This document shows, one piece after another, positions 12,301 to 20,494 of a DNA stretch of 64,000 nucleotides (position 1 is its first letter; each line of letters starts with the position of its first letter). The DNA is taken from positions 352,001 to 416,000 of the forward strand of contig CBFIDD010000002.1 in the NCBI GenBank assembly GCA_965661285.1, written 5' to 3'. The notes under the pieces are model-generated. The model saw nothing but the letters and a program-made list of their open reading frames with translations, did no database searches and was not told the DNA's origin. This DNA comes from Poseidonia sp. (GTDB lineage Archaea; Thermoplasmatota; Poseidoniia; Poseidoniales; Poseidoniaceae). A program made the translations under genes and the position numbers.

Positions 12301-15300
12301 AGGCGTAGACGGCATAACCTTCGCCTGTCCATGTGCCTCCGATGTAGCCCGTCACCTGACGAGCAGGAAGCCCAGCAAGACGAGCCATGGTCACGAAGGC
12401 CGTGTTAAACTCACGACACGAACCCTCTTTCACGGCTTCAACCACATTGAGGGTGACGTCCATCGGACTCATGGTTCCCGAACCGTTGAAGTTACGCTTG
12501 AACTCGGTCGTAGCATTGCCGTTGGTGAGGAAGTCTTCCAGGGCAAGCGCCGTATTGTAAGCATCCGTTGCCCCTGCTTCGGCAATGACAGCGGCCGTGA
12601 CGTTATTCACGTATGAGAAGGCCGAAGAAGAGTCGGTAAACTGAGGGTCGACAAGCAGCTCGTAAGGGAAGCCTTGACCGGGGACGGTCGTTGACGCCAA
12701 GTTTGCCCAATCAAAGTAATACTCAGGTTGTTCGTACAAGACCTGCTCTACAGAACCAGCAACCAGCGAGAGCATGTGCGTATCGTTCGACCTTGAGATG
12801 TTGGCTGAGGTTTCGAAGACGAATGAGATGTTGGAATAATATGCAGGAGCAGGGATTTGCCCTGTCGTTATGGGGCGGTTGAATTGAAGGTTCCACTGGA
12901 CGGTTGAGTTGGCAAGGGAAATCGGTGCGAGGTGAGTAAAGTTGCTCATGGGAACAACGACCGCCTCCGAGGGATGAACGCTGTCGAGGTGCGCGTAGGT
13001 GCTTCCGGTGTAGAAGTCATTGGTGATGGTGCGCCACCGATGGTCGCCGTTGAGATCGACGACTCCCGAGGTATTGTTTGCGAAAAAGACAACATCATCC
13101 GACATGATGTCATCGCTGGGGTCAAACACATCAAAGGGCGCGCCTATGCAATCAAAAACCCAAAATGCATCAGGACACTCATCACCGTCAAGCATCCCAC
13201 CACCGTCTGTATCGGGGTTGGTCCAGTCGGTTCCGGTTTGATTCTCAACGGCATCGGGCAATCCATCACCGTCAAAGTCGGCGGGTTGAATATCATCAGA
13301 AGGATCGTTTTGCGGGTTCGTTCCGTCAAAGTATTCACTGCGGTCATCCACGCCCCCCTGGTCGGTATCGAACGCGTTGGGAGCTGTCACCCAAACATCT
13401 TGGGAGCCGTTGGTGATGCCGATGTAAATCAAATCACAGCCAGTGGTGTTCTCAAAGTAGTTGTTGAGTCCGTCGGCGTCATCGTCCAAGAGATTTGAAC
13501 ACGGCTGATTGGGATCGGTGTTGTCCTGAACTTCGTCAAAGTCATTCACGCCGTCAGCATCGCTGTCGGCGATGCTGGGATTGGAGAACCATCCAAAGGT
13601 CCCGAGAAGTTCTTGCCAGTCTGCCAGACCATCACCGTCGGTGTCCTCGTAATCGTCGTCGCAATACTGCTGCGTTGTGCTGATTGTTCCTGAATTCGTG
13701 GCAGCCGTGTGGCAAAATGAACCGTTGCGATTTGCTACCTGGGTCGCCACGCCCGAGGGCCCGTTGGAAACACCCTGCAGAATGTTGGCAACCACAGTCG
13801 CGTAGGCAAAACTTTCCCATGTTCCGGATACGTTGTACCAACCAACGCCCCCTGCGGGGTTGAAACCCGAGCCGTTTCCTACTTCGACCCTGCTGGCGCT
13901 GAGTTCCTGCACGAAGGTGGTCTCAAAGTTCACAAGTGAATCGCAAGGATCCGTACCGTGGCTGATGTTTCGTTCCTGCCCGTCGTTGATGCCGCCAAAG
14001 TCCGTGTCGGCCACATTCCACAGCGTACACGTCAGGTTTTCCTCCCAGTTCTGTATGCCGTCCTGGTCTTCGTCTCCTGAATCCTCACGGCGTGTGGGGT
14101 CCGTCTCACCGGCATCCAACACACCGTTGAAGTTGGTGTCTTCCTCGCCGTCATCAAAAGCATCCCCGTCGGTGTTGTTGTTGCGCGGGTCGCTGGCTTG
14201 GGCAGGGTTGCCGTAAGCACCGTTCACCTCGATACCGTCGCTGATCCCGTCGCTGTCGGTGTCCGAAGACGTTGGATCGGTCAGCAACGTAAAGGCTTCG
14301 TACGAATCGTTCAACCCGTCGCCGTCGGTGTCTGCCCTCTGCGGATCTGTCGAGGTGATACCGTCAACCTCAGCGGTAAATGTGGCACAACCACCCGGTC
14401 CAATGCCTTGGACTGGGTCGCAGGGCGAGGTGGTCTCGGTGACGATGCCATCGGGGCCGTTGCGGAAACAGGGCGAAGAGCCGCACATGGTCGTCCATGT
14501 CGGGTTGACGTACTCGAGGAGGTTGTTCAGGCCATCACCGTCGGGGTCGCCGTTTGGACCGTCAGCGTTGGAGGGCGAGGTGGCGTTCAAGCCGTTAGCG
14601 GCTTCCCAACCGTCGGGCATGCCGTCGCCGTCGGTGTCCCAACCTGCGGGGTCTTCATCGATGACGCCGTCGCCATCATCGTCATCCGATAGACAATCGG
14701 CATCGCCGTCGTTATCCGAGTCCGCCGAGTCGACAAATCCGTCTTTATCATCATCAAATCCATTGGCGCAAATATTCCCGACGGGGTCCTCGTCGCAGAG
14801 GATGATCGAGCCCGTGCCGTCGGAACCTGCCGCACCGCATGCGGGTTGGTTGAACTGCATGGCGTCTTCCTCGTTCCAGTCGTTCACGGGAACGGTGCCG
14901 TTCCACCAAACACCGTTGTCCAGGACAGAAGCGGTGTTGGTGTTGTCCCAACCGCTGGGTTGGAGGTAGAGGTATTCTTGCAAATTGGACATGCCGTCGC
15001 CATCCGGGTCAGCGACTGCGCCATCGGCACCGGTGGACGACAACGGGTCGAGGCCGTACTTCCACTCCCAGCCATCGGGCAAGCCGTCGTTGTCCGAGTC
15101 GGGGTCGTTGGGTTGGGTGTTCATGAGGTACTCAAGGCCGTACGTGAGACCATCACCGTCCTGGTCGGATGCTGCTTGAACATCAACGACCGTGTACTGA
15201 ATGGAGGCGAGGGTGGAGAGGACCATCAAGAGGGTGAGTGAGAGCGACTTGAGCGCTTTTTTCCGCTCTGCGAGGGCTGGTCGAATCGCGGCCGCATTGG

Positions 15301-15328
15301 AATTCGAGCCTGTCAGCATGAGTCTCAC
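6395..15328 (-). CDS. Giant (2977 aa) surface protein: signal peptide, DxDGDG Ca-binding repeats, transglutaminase-like domain, Ig-like beta repeats, TM helix, DUF4129-like cytoplasmic domain
   Basis: Many DSDxDGLxDGxE repeats; GSCREF...ARLAGLPARQVTGY...WIAFDP; C-terminal TM, then FETVREF...LDNTFEMARYS. Confidence 0.9.
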   Translation of the reverse strand: MRLMLTGSNSNAAAIRPALAERKKALKSLSLTLLMVLSTLASIQYTVVDVQAASDQDGDGLTYGLEYLMNTQPNDPDSDNDGLPDGWEWKYGLDPLSSTGADGAVADPDGDGMSNLQEYLYLQPSGWDNTNTASVLDNGVWWNGTVPVNDWNEEDAMQFNQPACGAAGSDGTGSIILCDEDPVGNICANGFDDDKDGFVDSADSDNDGDADCLSDDDDGDGVIDEDPAGWDTDGDGMPDGWEAANGLNATSPSNADGPNGDPDGDGLNNLLEYVNPTWTTMCGSSPCFRNGPDGIVTETTSPCDPVQGIGPGGCATFTAEVDGITSTDPQRADTDGDGLNDSYEAFTLLTDPTSSDTDSDGISDGIEVNGAYGNPAQASDPRNNNTDGDAFDDGEEDTNFNGVLDAGETDPTRREDSGDEDQDGIQNWEENLTCTLWNVADTDFGGINDGQERNISHGTDPCDSLVNFETTFVQELSASRVEVGNGSGFNPAGGVGWYNVSGTWESFAYATVVANILQGVSNGPSGVATQVANRNGSFCHTAATNSGTISTTQQYCDDDYEDTDGDGLADWQELLGTFGWFSNPSIADSDADGVNDFDEVQDNTDPNQPCSNLLDDDADGLNNYFENTTGCDLIYIGITNGSQDVWVTAPNAFDTDQGGVDDRSEYFDGTNPQNDPSDDIQPADFDGDGLPDAVENQTGTDWTNPDTDGGGMLDGDECPDAFWVFDCIGAPFDVFDPSDDIMSDDVVFFANNTSGVVDLNGDHRWRTITNDFYTGSTYAHLDSVHPSEAVVVPMSNFTHLAPISLANSTVQWNLQFNRPITTGQIPAPAYYSNISFVFETSANISRSNDTHMLSLVAGSVEQVLYEQPEYYFDWANLASTTVPGQGFPYELLVDPQFTDSSSAFSYVNNVTAAVIAEAGATDAYNTALALEDFLTNGNATTEFKRNFNGSGTMSPMDVTLNVVEAVKEGSCREFNTAFVTMARLAGLPARQVTGYIGGTWTGEGYAVYASDAATWSEVRLQQNSANGNTDLGWIAFDPCPPAEEIEVVNQTISTFTVARDGTESISVSGQLRYAANGTPASNIRVFAYLSPVSDAPFVPGPGADLSLLLEENITDPNGNFSMIGFPDAPSAPGMHNIVIEHRQSGYVSHDGVIFEGYVNLTENTTIVHTAPLAINTPVVGAGATTVLEGRLALANEPIDEISNLPNQTVWLSYTSSVDGAQNLTAQTDISGSWSISINLSEAETLGPLSATLGFSGWQDASVPGSTPALFHLNPTTTSITFNVTEAPNLTATIEGPLTSNRSVFLLGDDVWVNGSALSLGPTPTALTGNLQFAIRALDSGNVWVELFNQSVTGNFTVQYPMPTNVGVAAGAIETRLRFFPSTLPATDDANLTVDPPYFLRGLLTFEVQESSQVRGQDAFVSVQINDHRGVGAGVEIFGNYDFTFNGSWFNTTVDPETDVLEIVIPLDANLRSGDYPIGISFNGSSFYQPSIGLGSLRVMANIGWNLSIGQDWTFMGNSTRLVGDVFDAVYLTPVLNNTTLISVSLFTEQGPIDIAQSTLNNSTGAFDIPIRMPMNLRSDAYEFILDFDFVSQAPAGGAYYAFVDTSVPPAPPAQISTLGGIITEVVVEAERSSYIVEMNNTVSFTAKITDIADNSNISGASVDYVWDYGKSNQSLGTVVSNGEGNSTFDFTPSGIAPGFYDVGIVVQDDLTAALSEGNSRRYGNLTVINVTVQVTSDISLISVPSTVTAGVPFNVVGQVEDAENATRPLISAVRLNVFWLENPEELLLSNYATTNNGSFNMTVPTDTAGNGTTRGPHTLVVTVVNESSPFYLTATAQSPIQVMGVSRLENLQPLNAVVINRGNDINMSAQLVEASDLFTPLSNYEVALQFHETWLLPQTTDGEGFANFTYNVPYDHPLGLIVVQMVFNGSTDLLSTSANLTSITVRSLTFMVVDSIAANPVAGTSFNISGQITSDNGSGLVERDNSVLANANVLFSIDGQPTGFTATGGAVGADGYWNATIRLSETFAAGSHVMEATYIPSVNYYVGSTNNTSFDSRGFSVMNFILPALDGIGQPSLNDRTERGDIVEFSILLRDNQGLPLANQSVLVSLTATLNDASPVQITVLTASNGSAWGNLTVPANMSVGPTGIHADYTGIAGTTGIIGTNASSSFVVLGATEVTITEAPTVLVAGDMLVVNGTLLDDLGLVLQRNGVPSTAVVHLLIDGVPVASIETDNISGAYTLSYALPEDTAAGPHQISVEFRGGREWVDPVGYGDTNNPEYYQPSSAMVEFNVSVPTKILLLTATGDADRETTITIQGRLLDVVDNPLPNLTIEVWLGGQWLTNTTTDELGEFSAVHPVPADAPLGPVVLETRFTGTVAYLPSNASGLWEIFSPVLVTVDISSPVAVNQTVTITGSVVDNQLVGVANHEVQLVVEGIVISTLTTDQNGAFTYDWVVPDIFDFGNRTLFAESPPQGYYRAGEGNVSFFLSHRSWVTLVFDDGIDATRGDTWELSGRLYDFDTVDRDGLVGFELLVQLDGNTLFTTTTGADGAWSATVPATMDLSRGEHTIGVVFGGTQAHLPADVESSVRVWADLLIQVDPTSNTNVVTRSDSVFEPVFYSGSVQEIGGSGEVFENLLLSIGNGSDCEGGREGARCFTESSVVWSNGNFSLTATAPYWLEVGSQYFFLDVARNDSLYLNAASISQTVFVQVDAVITVDLLEVVEDEQEDVGGSLTVIAEDTGTGLPGIDVVIYLYDANQSQLANRGAQTDETGKATFVFDADPPYGDADVWGQLTMDIIVNDPRLSAQSLQGFESLRSEGFAVQYEFAEEQAETPWWSYLLVLALAALIAGGVVMYRRKQLADDLLKDAAEVFAYTAELLAAGDATREAIFTCYQDLCGLLQQRGFLRRDFETVREFEFAIRQALQGVSEDALTALDNTFEMARYSREEMGPQHQEVAVQALTRMSGEIAQMQAIPQR

Positions 15329-15407
15329 GCTATCGGGTGCGTCTGATGCCTCATAAGGGAAATGGTACGATGTTCATACAACAACGATTTCGTGAGGCGA
15401 TTTTTGC

Positions 15408-18383
15408 TCACAAATCTTCGAGTTCCTCGAGCAGCTCGAGGTCGTCGTCATCGTCGTCTGCCAGCACAGGCGCAGGTAAATCATCGTCGTCCTCAATCGG
15501 CTCAAGTTCCTTTTCAAGACCCTCGTAGTCCTCGTAGTCTCCGTAGTTAGCAAGGTCAGGACTATCATCGCTGCGGCTTCCACGACCTCGTGCGTAGAAG
15601 AGCAGGGCCAAAATTACAACGTAAAACGCAATGGTTTGCGGTTCAGGACTGACCAGTTCTCGCAGCAAACAGTTGGCGCCGCTGCATTCCGTCATGTAGT
15701 TGAAGGTGAAGGTCTGGACATAGTCTTCGGAGTACGGTGTCTCGTTGTTCATGGGCGTGACTCTGAACTCAAAGGCTGCTTGCTGGCTGTCTTTGAGATC
15801 TTCAGGAGCCTGCATGGTCACGCTGAAATCCTTTGAGGAATATGCGGGGAGGTTGATGATGAGGAAATCGCTCCCCAACTGGTTTGAGGTCGCCCGGATG
15901 GCGCCCTCCCAACCATCGGGTTGGTCAAGGCGAATCACGACGTCGAGCGGGATGTTGTTTTGGTTGCTGATGCGATATTCGAGGCTCTTTGATTCGCCCG
16001 GAGCGAAGCGAGATTTCTCGGTTTTATCCGTGAGCTCGATGCGGTTTGGAACGACTTCTTCCTGAATGACAACCTTCACCGGGAGGTCGAAGTAGCGAGC
16101 GTCGTCAATGTCAACACCCTCCTCGATGATGCGGGTGTAGACCGTGTGCTCACCCGCTTCCACCTGACCCCTCAAGGTGATGTCGAGTTTCATGTCGACG
16201 TACTCATCCGGGGCGAGGTTCACCGCCACCAAATTGGAGTTGCTGCCGTTGGAAATGACGTAGTCCCATGCAGCATACTTCGGGTTGTTTTCGGCGTTTT
16301 GTTCAACATCACGGGGATTGATGATCTTCCAGGTGGTTGAGCCAGAACCGGTGTCGCTGGAATCGGTAATTCGGAGATTGAAGTACACCGACGCATCGCC
16401 GGTGACCGGTCCAACTTGACCGAGCGGATTGTCCTCGCCCGTCCCGTCGCTGTCCGAAATCACCTCGACAAGAATGCCAAACGTCCGGTGAACGGTGAAG
16501 GCGATGTCGGTGCGAAGTTCTGAATCTTCCTTGCTGGACACCGAGATTTCAAACAAACCGATGTCGACACCGTCTCGGTCGGCTGGAGGATAGACCTCCA
16601 TTCGAATCGTCAGGATTTGGGTCGAGCCGATGTCGGGCGTGAGCGAGTAGATGCCTTCCTCTGCGAGTTCAAGACCGGTATCGTTGTCGTAAAATCGGTA
16701 CTGCCAGTCATCGGGTTGCTCAAGAATTCGCATTTTGAACGAGTCGGTCTGGAATCCCAAGTTGAAGACGTCGATGAAGAAATCACCGACCTCATCTGCA
16801 TCCACGTAGTGCGAAAGGGTCTCATCATAGGCTTCCGGACGCGTTGAATCTGCGATTTGTTTCTGGTGCTCATCGTCTTCGTAGACAAAGAGACGTGGCG
16901 CGGCAAGGGTATCCACTTCCTCGAATTCTAGCGTGAGGGTTCGTATGGCCACCTCTTCGTTTTGGCCGAGTTCGTTCTGTGCATAGACTCGTGCTTCGAT
17001 TTCCAAGGAATCGGGCGCACTGTCCAAATCGCCCTCAGGAACTTCGAGTTGGAGTTCGGGGATGACCGATGCACCGCCGCCGTTGAGCGTGTAGGTGCTG
17101 CTTGGTGCGCTCCACTGTGGGTCTGACCATGTTGAGGGGAGATTGGTTTCTAGGTCAAAGATCACGTCAATGCTGCTCGATGAGGAGCCCGTATGTTCCA
17201 CGAGGAATTCGACTTGGACGACCGCACCGGGAGCGAATAAGACCACATCGGGCTGATTTGAGGGCAGGGTGAGGTAAATGTCGTTCTCAAGCATGGTGAT
17301 GCCGGGGTGTTCAAACACAACGGCGTGGCCCTGTACGTCCTCCACCTCAAGGCGAACGGGGTAGTCACCCGCAGCGATGCCTGCCTCGTAAGTGTAAGTG
17401 AAGTTGCCCACCAAGCCGTTGTTGTCGAGTTTGAAATCATCATCGTCAAAGTTCTTCTCGAAAACCACGTTTGCGCCGTTGGGCGTGTCCATGATGAGGT
17501 TGACCTCCTCAATGTCATCTCGGCCAAAGGCGTCGCGAACTTCAACGGAGAACTGCATCTCTCGGAAGTCAGGACGGTGGTTGGGGGACCACTCAAATTT
17601 CTGGGCGTCGTTCCAGTTGCACCCGAAGGCTTGGTTGCAACTGTGGACGCGTACGCTCGAACCGGAGAGGGCGTTGGTCATGACCTGGAGACGGGAGTAC
17701 CCTCCCGAGCTTTCCATCTTGCCAAAGGCGATGTCAACCGCACAATCGCCACCACCCACACCGCCGGTGTTGCCTTCGCAGGTGGCTTGGGCGTCAATGC
17801 GGATTTTCAGTTGCTTTCCTTTGGCCACCATGAACCCGTTGGGCCCGGCGTCAAACTCCACTTCGATGATGCTCCAATCGCAGCCGCCCCCGGTGAAGGG
17901 GTTCGGCGAGCATGCATCTTCCAGTTGTCGGTTCTCTGAGGAAATTTGGGTGTCGCCCGACTTGAGCGAAAAGGTGACATCTGCGGTGGAACCCTCGGCG
18001 CCACGGAATTGGATGTAGACAGACAGGCGAGCGGTGTTGGAGGAACCGCTTCCGTTGATGTAGAGGTCGCTGATCATCTCGGCGCTTCGGAACTCCAATC
18101 CGTCAATGGCGCTGCCTTCTTCCTGGCCGCCGTTGGGTTCAATTGTGGTAATGGAACCTTGCCCGCCGGTTTCTGAGGTCGCAGCATCGAGATAGAGTTC
18201 GTAGGTTTGCTCGGGGACAGAAACAGGAGCCACAACACGCTCGTCGTCCAGTGTTTGAATCGGCGTGAGAACAGGCGCTGCGGGCACCATCATGCCCACC
18301 AAGGAGAACACGAACAACGCAACGAGACCAAAGGCCACGGTGCGCTTGCCATTTCCTGAGTCACCAAACAGCATCAAGTCCAC
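15408..18383 (-). CDS. 991-aa secreted/membrane-anchored protein with Ig-like (NEW3-like) domains and an acidic tail
   Basis: N-terminal hydrophobic signal, beta-rich domains with PxxW motifs, C-terminal TM (IAFYVVILALLFY), Asp/Glu-rich tail. Confidence 0.85.
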   Translation of the reverse strand: MDLMLFGDSGNGKRTVAFGLVALFVFSLVGMMVPAAPVLTPIQTLDDERVVAPVSVPEQTYELYLDAATSETGGQGSITTIEPNGGQEEGSAIDGLEFRSAEMISDLYINGSGSSNTARLSVYIQFRGAEGSTADVTFSLKSGDTQISSENRQLEDACSPNPFTGGGCDWSIIEVEFDAGPNGFMVAKGKQLKIRIDAQATCEGNTGGVGGGDCAVDIAFGKMESSGGYSRLQVMTNALSGSSVRVHSCNQAFGCNWNDAQKFEWSPNHRPDFREMQFSVEVRDAFGRDDIEEVNLIMDTPNGANVVFEKNFDDDDFKLDNNGLVGNFTYTYEAGIAAGDYPVRLEVEDVQGHAVVFEHPGITMLENDIYLTLPSNQPDVVLFAPGAVVQVEFLVEHTGSSSSSIDVIFDLETNLPSTWSDPQWSAPSSTYTLNGGGASVIPELQLEVPEGDLDSAPDSLEIEARVYAQNELGQNEEVAIRTLTLEFEEVDTLAAPRLFVYEDDEHQKQIADSTRPEAYDETLSHYVDADEVGDFFIDVFNLGFQTDSFKMRILEQPDDWQYRFYDNDTGLELAEEGIYSLTPDIGSTQILTIRMEVYPPADRDGVDIGLFEISVSSKEDSELRTDIAFTVHRTFGILVEVISDSDGTGEDNPLGQVGPVTGDASVYFNLRITDSSDTGSGSTTWKIINPRDVEQNAENNPKYAAWDYVISNGSNSNLVAVNLAPDEYVDMKLDITLRGQVEAGEHTVYTRIIEEGVDIDDARYFDLPVKVVIQEEVVPNRIELTDKTEKSRFAPGESKSLEYRISNQNNIPLDVVIRLDQPDGWEGAIRATSNQLGSDFLIINLPAYSSKDFSVTMQAPEDLKDSQQAAFEFRVTPMNNETPYSEDYVQTFTFNYMTECSGANCLLRELVSPEPQTIAFYVVILALLFYARGRGSRSDDSPDLANYGDYEDYEGLEKELEPIEDDDDLPAPVLADDDDDDLELLEELEDL

Positions 18384-18474
18384 CGTATCGCCGTGGTGTA
18401 GGGGGTGTTAAACGGTTTTGCATGGTTTGTGCAACAAATCCATCATCTGCCCCCGGCGTCATGAACGGCGAAAA

Positions 18475-18561
18475 TGGTGCAGGGGGTGGGATACGAACCC
18501 ACGAACCCATACGGGACCGGATCTTAAGCCCGGCGCCTTTGACCACCTCAGCCACCCCTGC
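18475..18561 (-). tRNA. tRNA-Leu(TAA), intronless, encoded CCA
   Basis: Reverse complement: GCAGGGG acceptor stem / CCCCTGC-A-CCA, anticodon arm CCGGG-CT TAA GA-TCCGG, long variable arm, T arm GTGGGTTCGTATCCCAC; 87 nt. Confidence 0.95.
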
Positions 18562-18603
18562 GTGGAGCGATGACGCTTGGGCGTAGCACTTGAATGAATC
18601 TCA

Positions 18604-19365
18604 TCATTCGTTCAACGTCCAACCACCGTCGACGTGAAGCACGTTGCCGGTGATGGTGCCGTTGGAAAGCAAAAAGAAGACGCCGGCTGCGATGTCTGAG
18701 GCTTGACCCGACCGGCCCAAGGGGACCTTCTCAAGCACCTTGGCGAAGTGCTCAGCCTCCCAGTCGGCCGCCATGATGGCGCCCGGGGCGAGGCAGTTGA
18801 CACGGATTCTCCCCGCCAACTCGCCAGCGAGGTTGAGCATCAATTGGCGCAACCCGGCTTTGCTTGAGGTGTAGTGTGCCAGTCCTTCCCAAGCACGCCC
18901 CCACGAGGTGTCGACCACGGCCACGACCGAGCCCTCGGCTCGCTCCAGCGCAGGGAGGAGCGATTGGGTAAGCAGGTACGGTGCTTCCATGTGAAGTCGG
19001 TTGAGGGAGCGGTAGGTTTCGAGCGGAATTTCCTCGAATGAACCTTGGCTATAGAACGACGCATTATGGACCAAACCGAAGAGACCATGTTTCCGTACGA
19101 GCGGATGGTCAAGCACCTCCCGATGCAGCCGTTCAAGGTCCTCATCCACCGTTAAATCAGCCACCAAAAGTGAGCCCCTCGGCTCGCCATGGTTGGCCTC
19201 AGCCTCGTCCAGCAGTTGTTGAGCCGGCTCCACTGAAGAGCGGACGTGGATGAGCACGTGCCAGCCTTCGTCCATCAGGCGTCGTGCGGTCGCTGCGCCG
19301 AGCCGTTGACCTGCGCCGGTGATGAGAACAACTCGGCCTTGCACACCCCGCACAGAGCCGCTCAA
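18604..19365 (-). CDS. SDR family oxidoreductase, pteridine reductase (PTR1/FolM)-like
   Basis: TGAGQRLG (Arg at the PTR1/FolM position), HNAS, catalytic Asp (VVD), YTSSK, VDGG. Confidence 0.8.
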   Translation of the reverse strand: MSGSVRGVQGRVVLITGAGQRLGAATARRLMDEGWHVLIHVRSSVEPAQQLLDEAEANHGEPRGSLLVADLTVDEDLERLHREVLDHPLVRKHGLFGLVHNASFYSQGSFEEIPLETYRSLNRLHMEAPYLLTQSLLPALERAEGSVVAVVDTSWGRAWEGLAHYTSSKAGLRQLMLNLAGELAGRIRVNCLAPGAIMAADWEAEHFAKVLEKVPLGRSGQASDIAAGVFFLLSNGTITGNVLHVDGGWTLNE

Positions 19366-19468
19366 CTCATGAAGGCTCGTATGTGACTGGCGCCATCATC
19401 ACCCAATCGCGAGCCCCGCACACCTTTTTTGGTGACCGCTTGGTGGCATTGAGCACTGGGGGCAAAGA

Positions 19469-20485
19469 ATGGAAGGAAAACCGCTCCCAATGGCCTCTGC
19501 AAGCGAGCCCCGCACGCCCGCTCGCCGCCTCCCGGAATGGTTCCGCACCAGCTTGCCGAGCGGTGAGCAACAGGCCACCTTCAACGCCACCAAGTCGGCG
19601 GTCAAGGACAACAAACTCCACACCGTATGCGAAGAAGCACGATGCCCCAACATCCACGAGTGTTGGGCCAGCGGCGACGCCACGTTCATGATCGCCGGCC
19701 AAGAATGCACCCGCGGCTGTCGCTTTTGCGCGGTGGGCACCATCAAGCGACCACCGCCCCTTGACCCGGAGGAACCGCAGCACCTTGCCCAAGCCGTCGG
19801 CTCGATGAATCTCCGTCATGCTGTCATCACCGTTGTGAATCGGGACGACCTTCCCGACAGCGGCGCGGACCACTACAAGCAATGCATCGACGCGGTGGCG
19901 ACCACCTCGCCTGAAGTGACGCTCGAACTCTTGTGTTCTGACCTTGCTGGAGATCTCGATGCCCTGGCCCATTTGTTGGACCAGAGTCCTTTGTCGGTGT
20001 TTGCTCACAATGTGGAGTGCGTCCCCCGACTGGACGCAACCGTCCGGGATGCTCGAGCCTCGTTCGGTCAGTCCATTGCCATCCTCAAGGAAGCCAAACG
20101 CCTGCGTCCGGACATCATCACCAAATCCTCGCTGATGGTGGGTGTTGGCGAAACCGATGAAGAAATTGACGAGGCTCTCGGCCTGCTTCGAGACGCCGGC
20201 GTTGACCTCGTGACCATCGGGCAATACCTTGCACCGTCCAAAAAACACCTGCCAGTGGACCGATTCCCTGAGCCCGAACGCTACGACGAGTGGGCAGAGA
20301 AAGCCATGCAACTCGGCTTCTCGGGGGTTGCCAGCGGCCCGCTGGTTCGGTCCTCCTACAAAGCCGGCCTCTTGGTGCGGAAAACCCTAGACCCCGAGAA
20401 CAGCGAAACCATGCTGGGCGCCTATGTTCGTGTTGCTCAACCCCATCCTTCCCTACCGACACCACTTAAGACGGACGAGCCCTGA
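19469..20485 (+). CDS. lipA: Lipoyl synthase
   Basis: CEEARCPNIHEC (CX4CX5C), CTRGCRFC radical SAM motif, RSSY. Confidence 0.97.
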   Translation: MEGKPLPMASASEPRTPARRLPEWFRTSLPSGEQQATFNATKSAVKDNKLHTVCEEARCPNIHECWASGDATFMIAGQECTRGCRFCAVGTIKRPPPLDPEEPQHLAQAVGSMNLRHAVITVVNRDDLPDSGADHYKQCIDAVATTSPEVTLELLCSDLAGDLDALAHLLDQSPLSVFAHNVECVPRLDATVRDARASFGQSIAILKEAKRLRPDIITKSSLMVGVGETDEEIDEALGLLRDAGVDLVTIGQYLAPSKKHLPVDRFPEPERYDEWAEKAMQLGFSGVASGPLVRSSYKAGLLVRKTLDPENSETMLGAYVRVAQPHPSLPTPLKTDEP

Positions 20486-20494
20486 GGTGAAGCA

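Noticed and set aside
6395-15328. Repeats in the giant gene as a CRISPR array or DNA repeat element
   Set aside because: They are degenerate protein-level DxDGDG repeats in an intact frame, with no repeat-spacer pattern.
15522-15548. 9-bp tandem repeat encoding YGDYEDYEG
   Set aside because: Ordinary low-complexity tail of a membrane protein.
18475-18561. tRNA-Leu as an integration site
   Set aside because: No integrase and no duplicated tRNA 3' end seen in the window.
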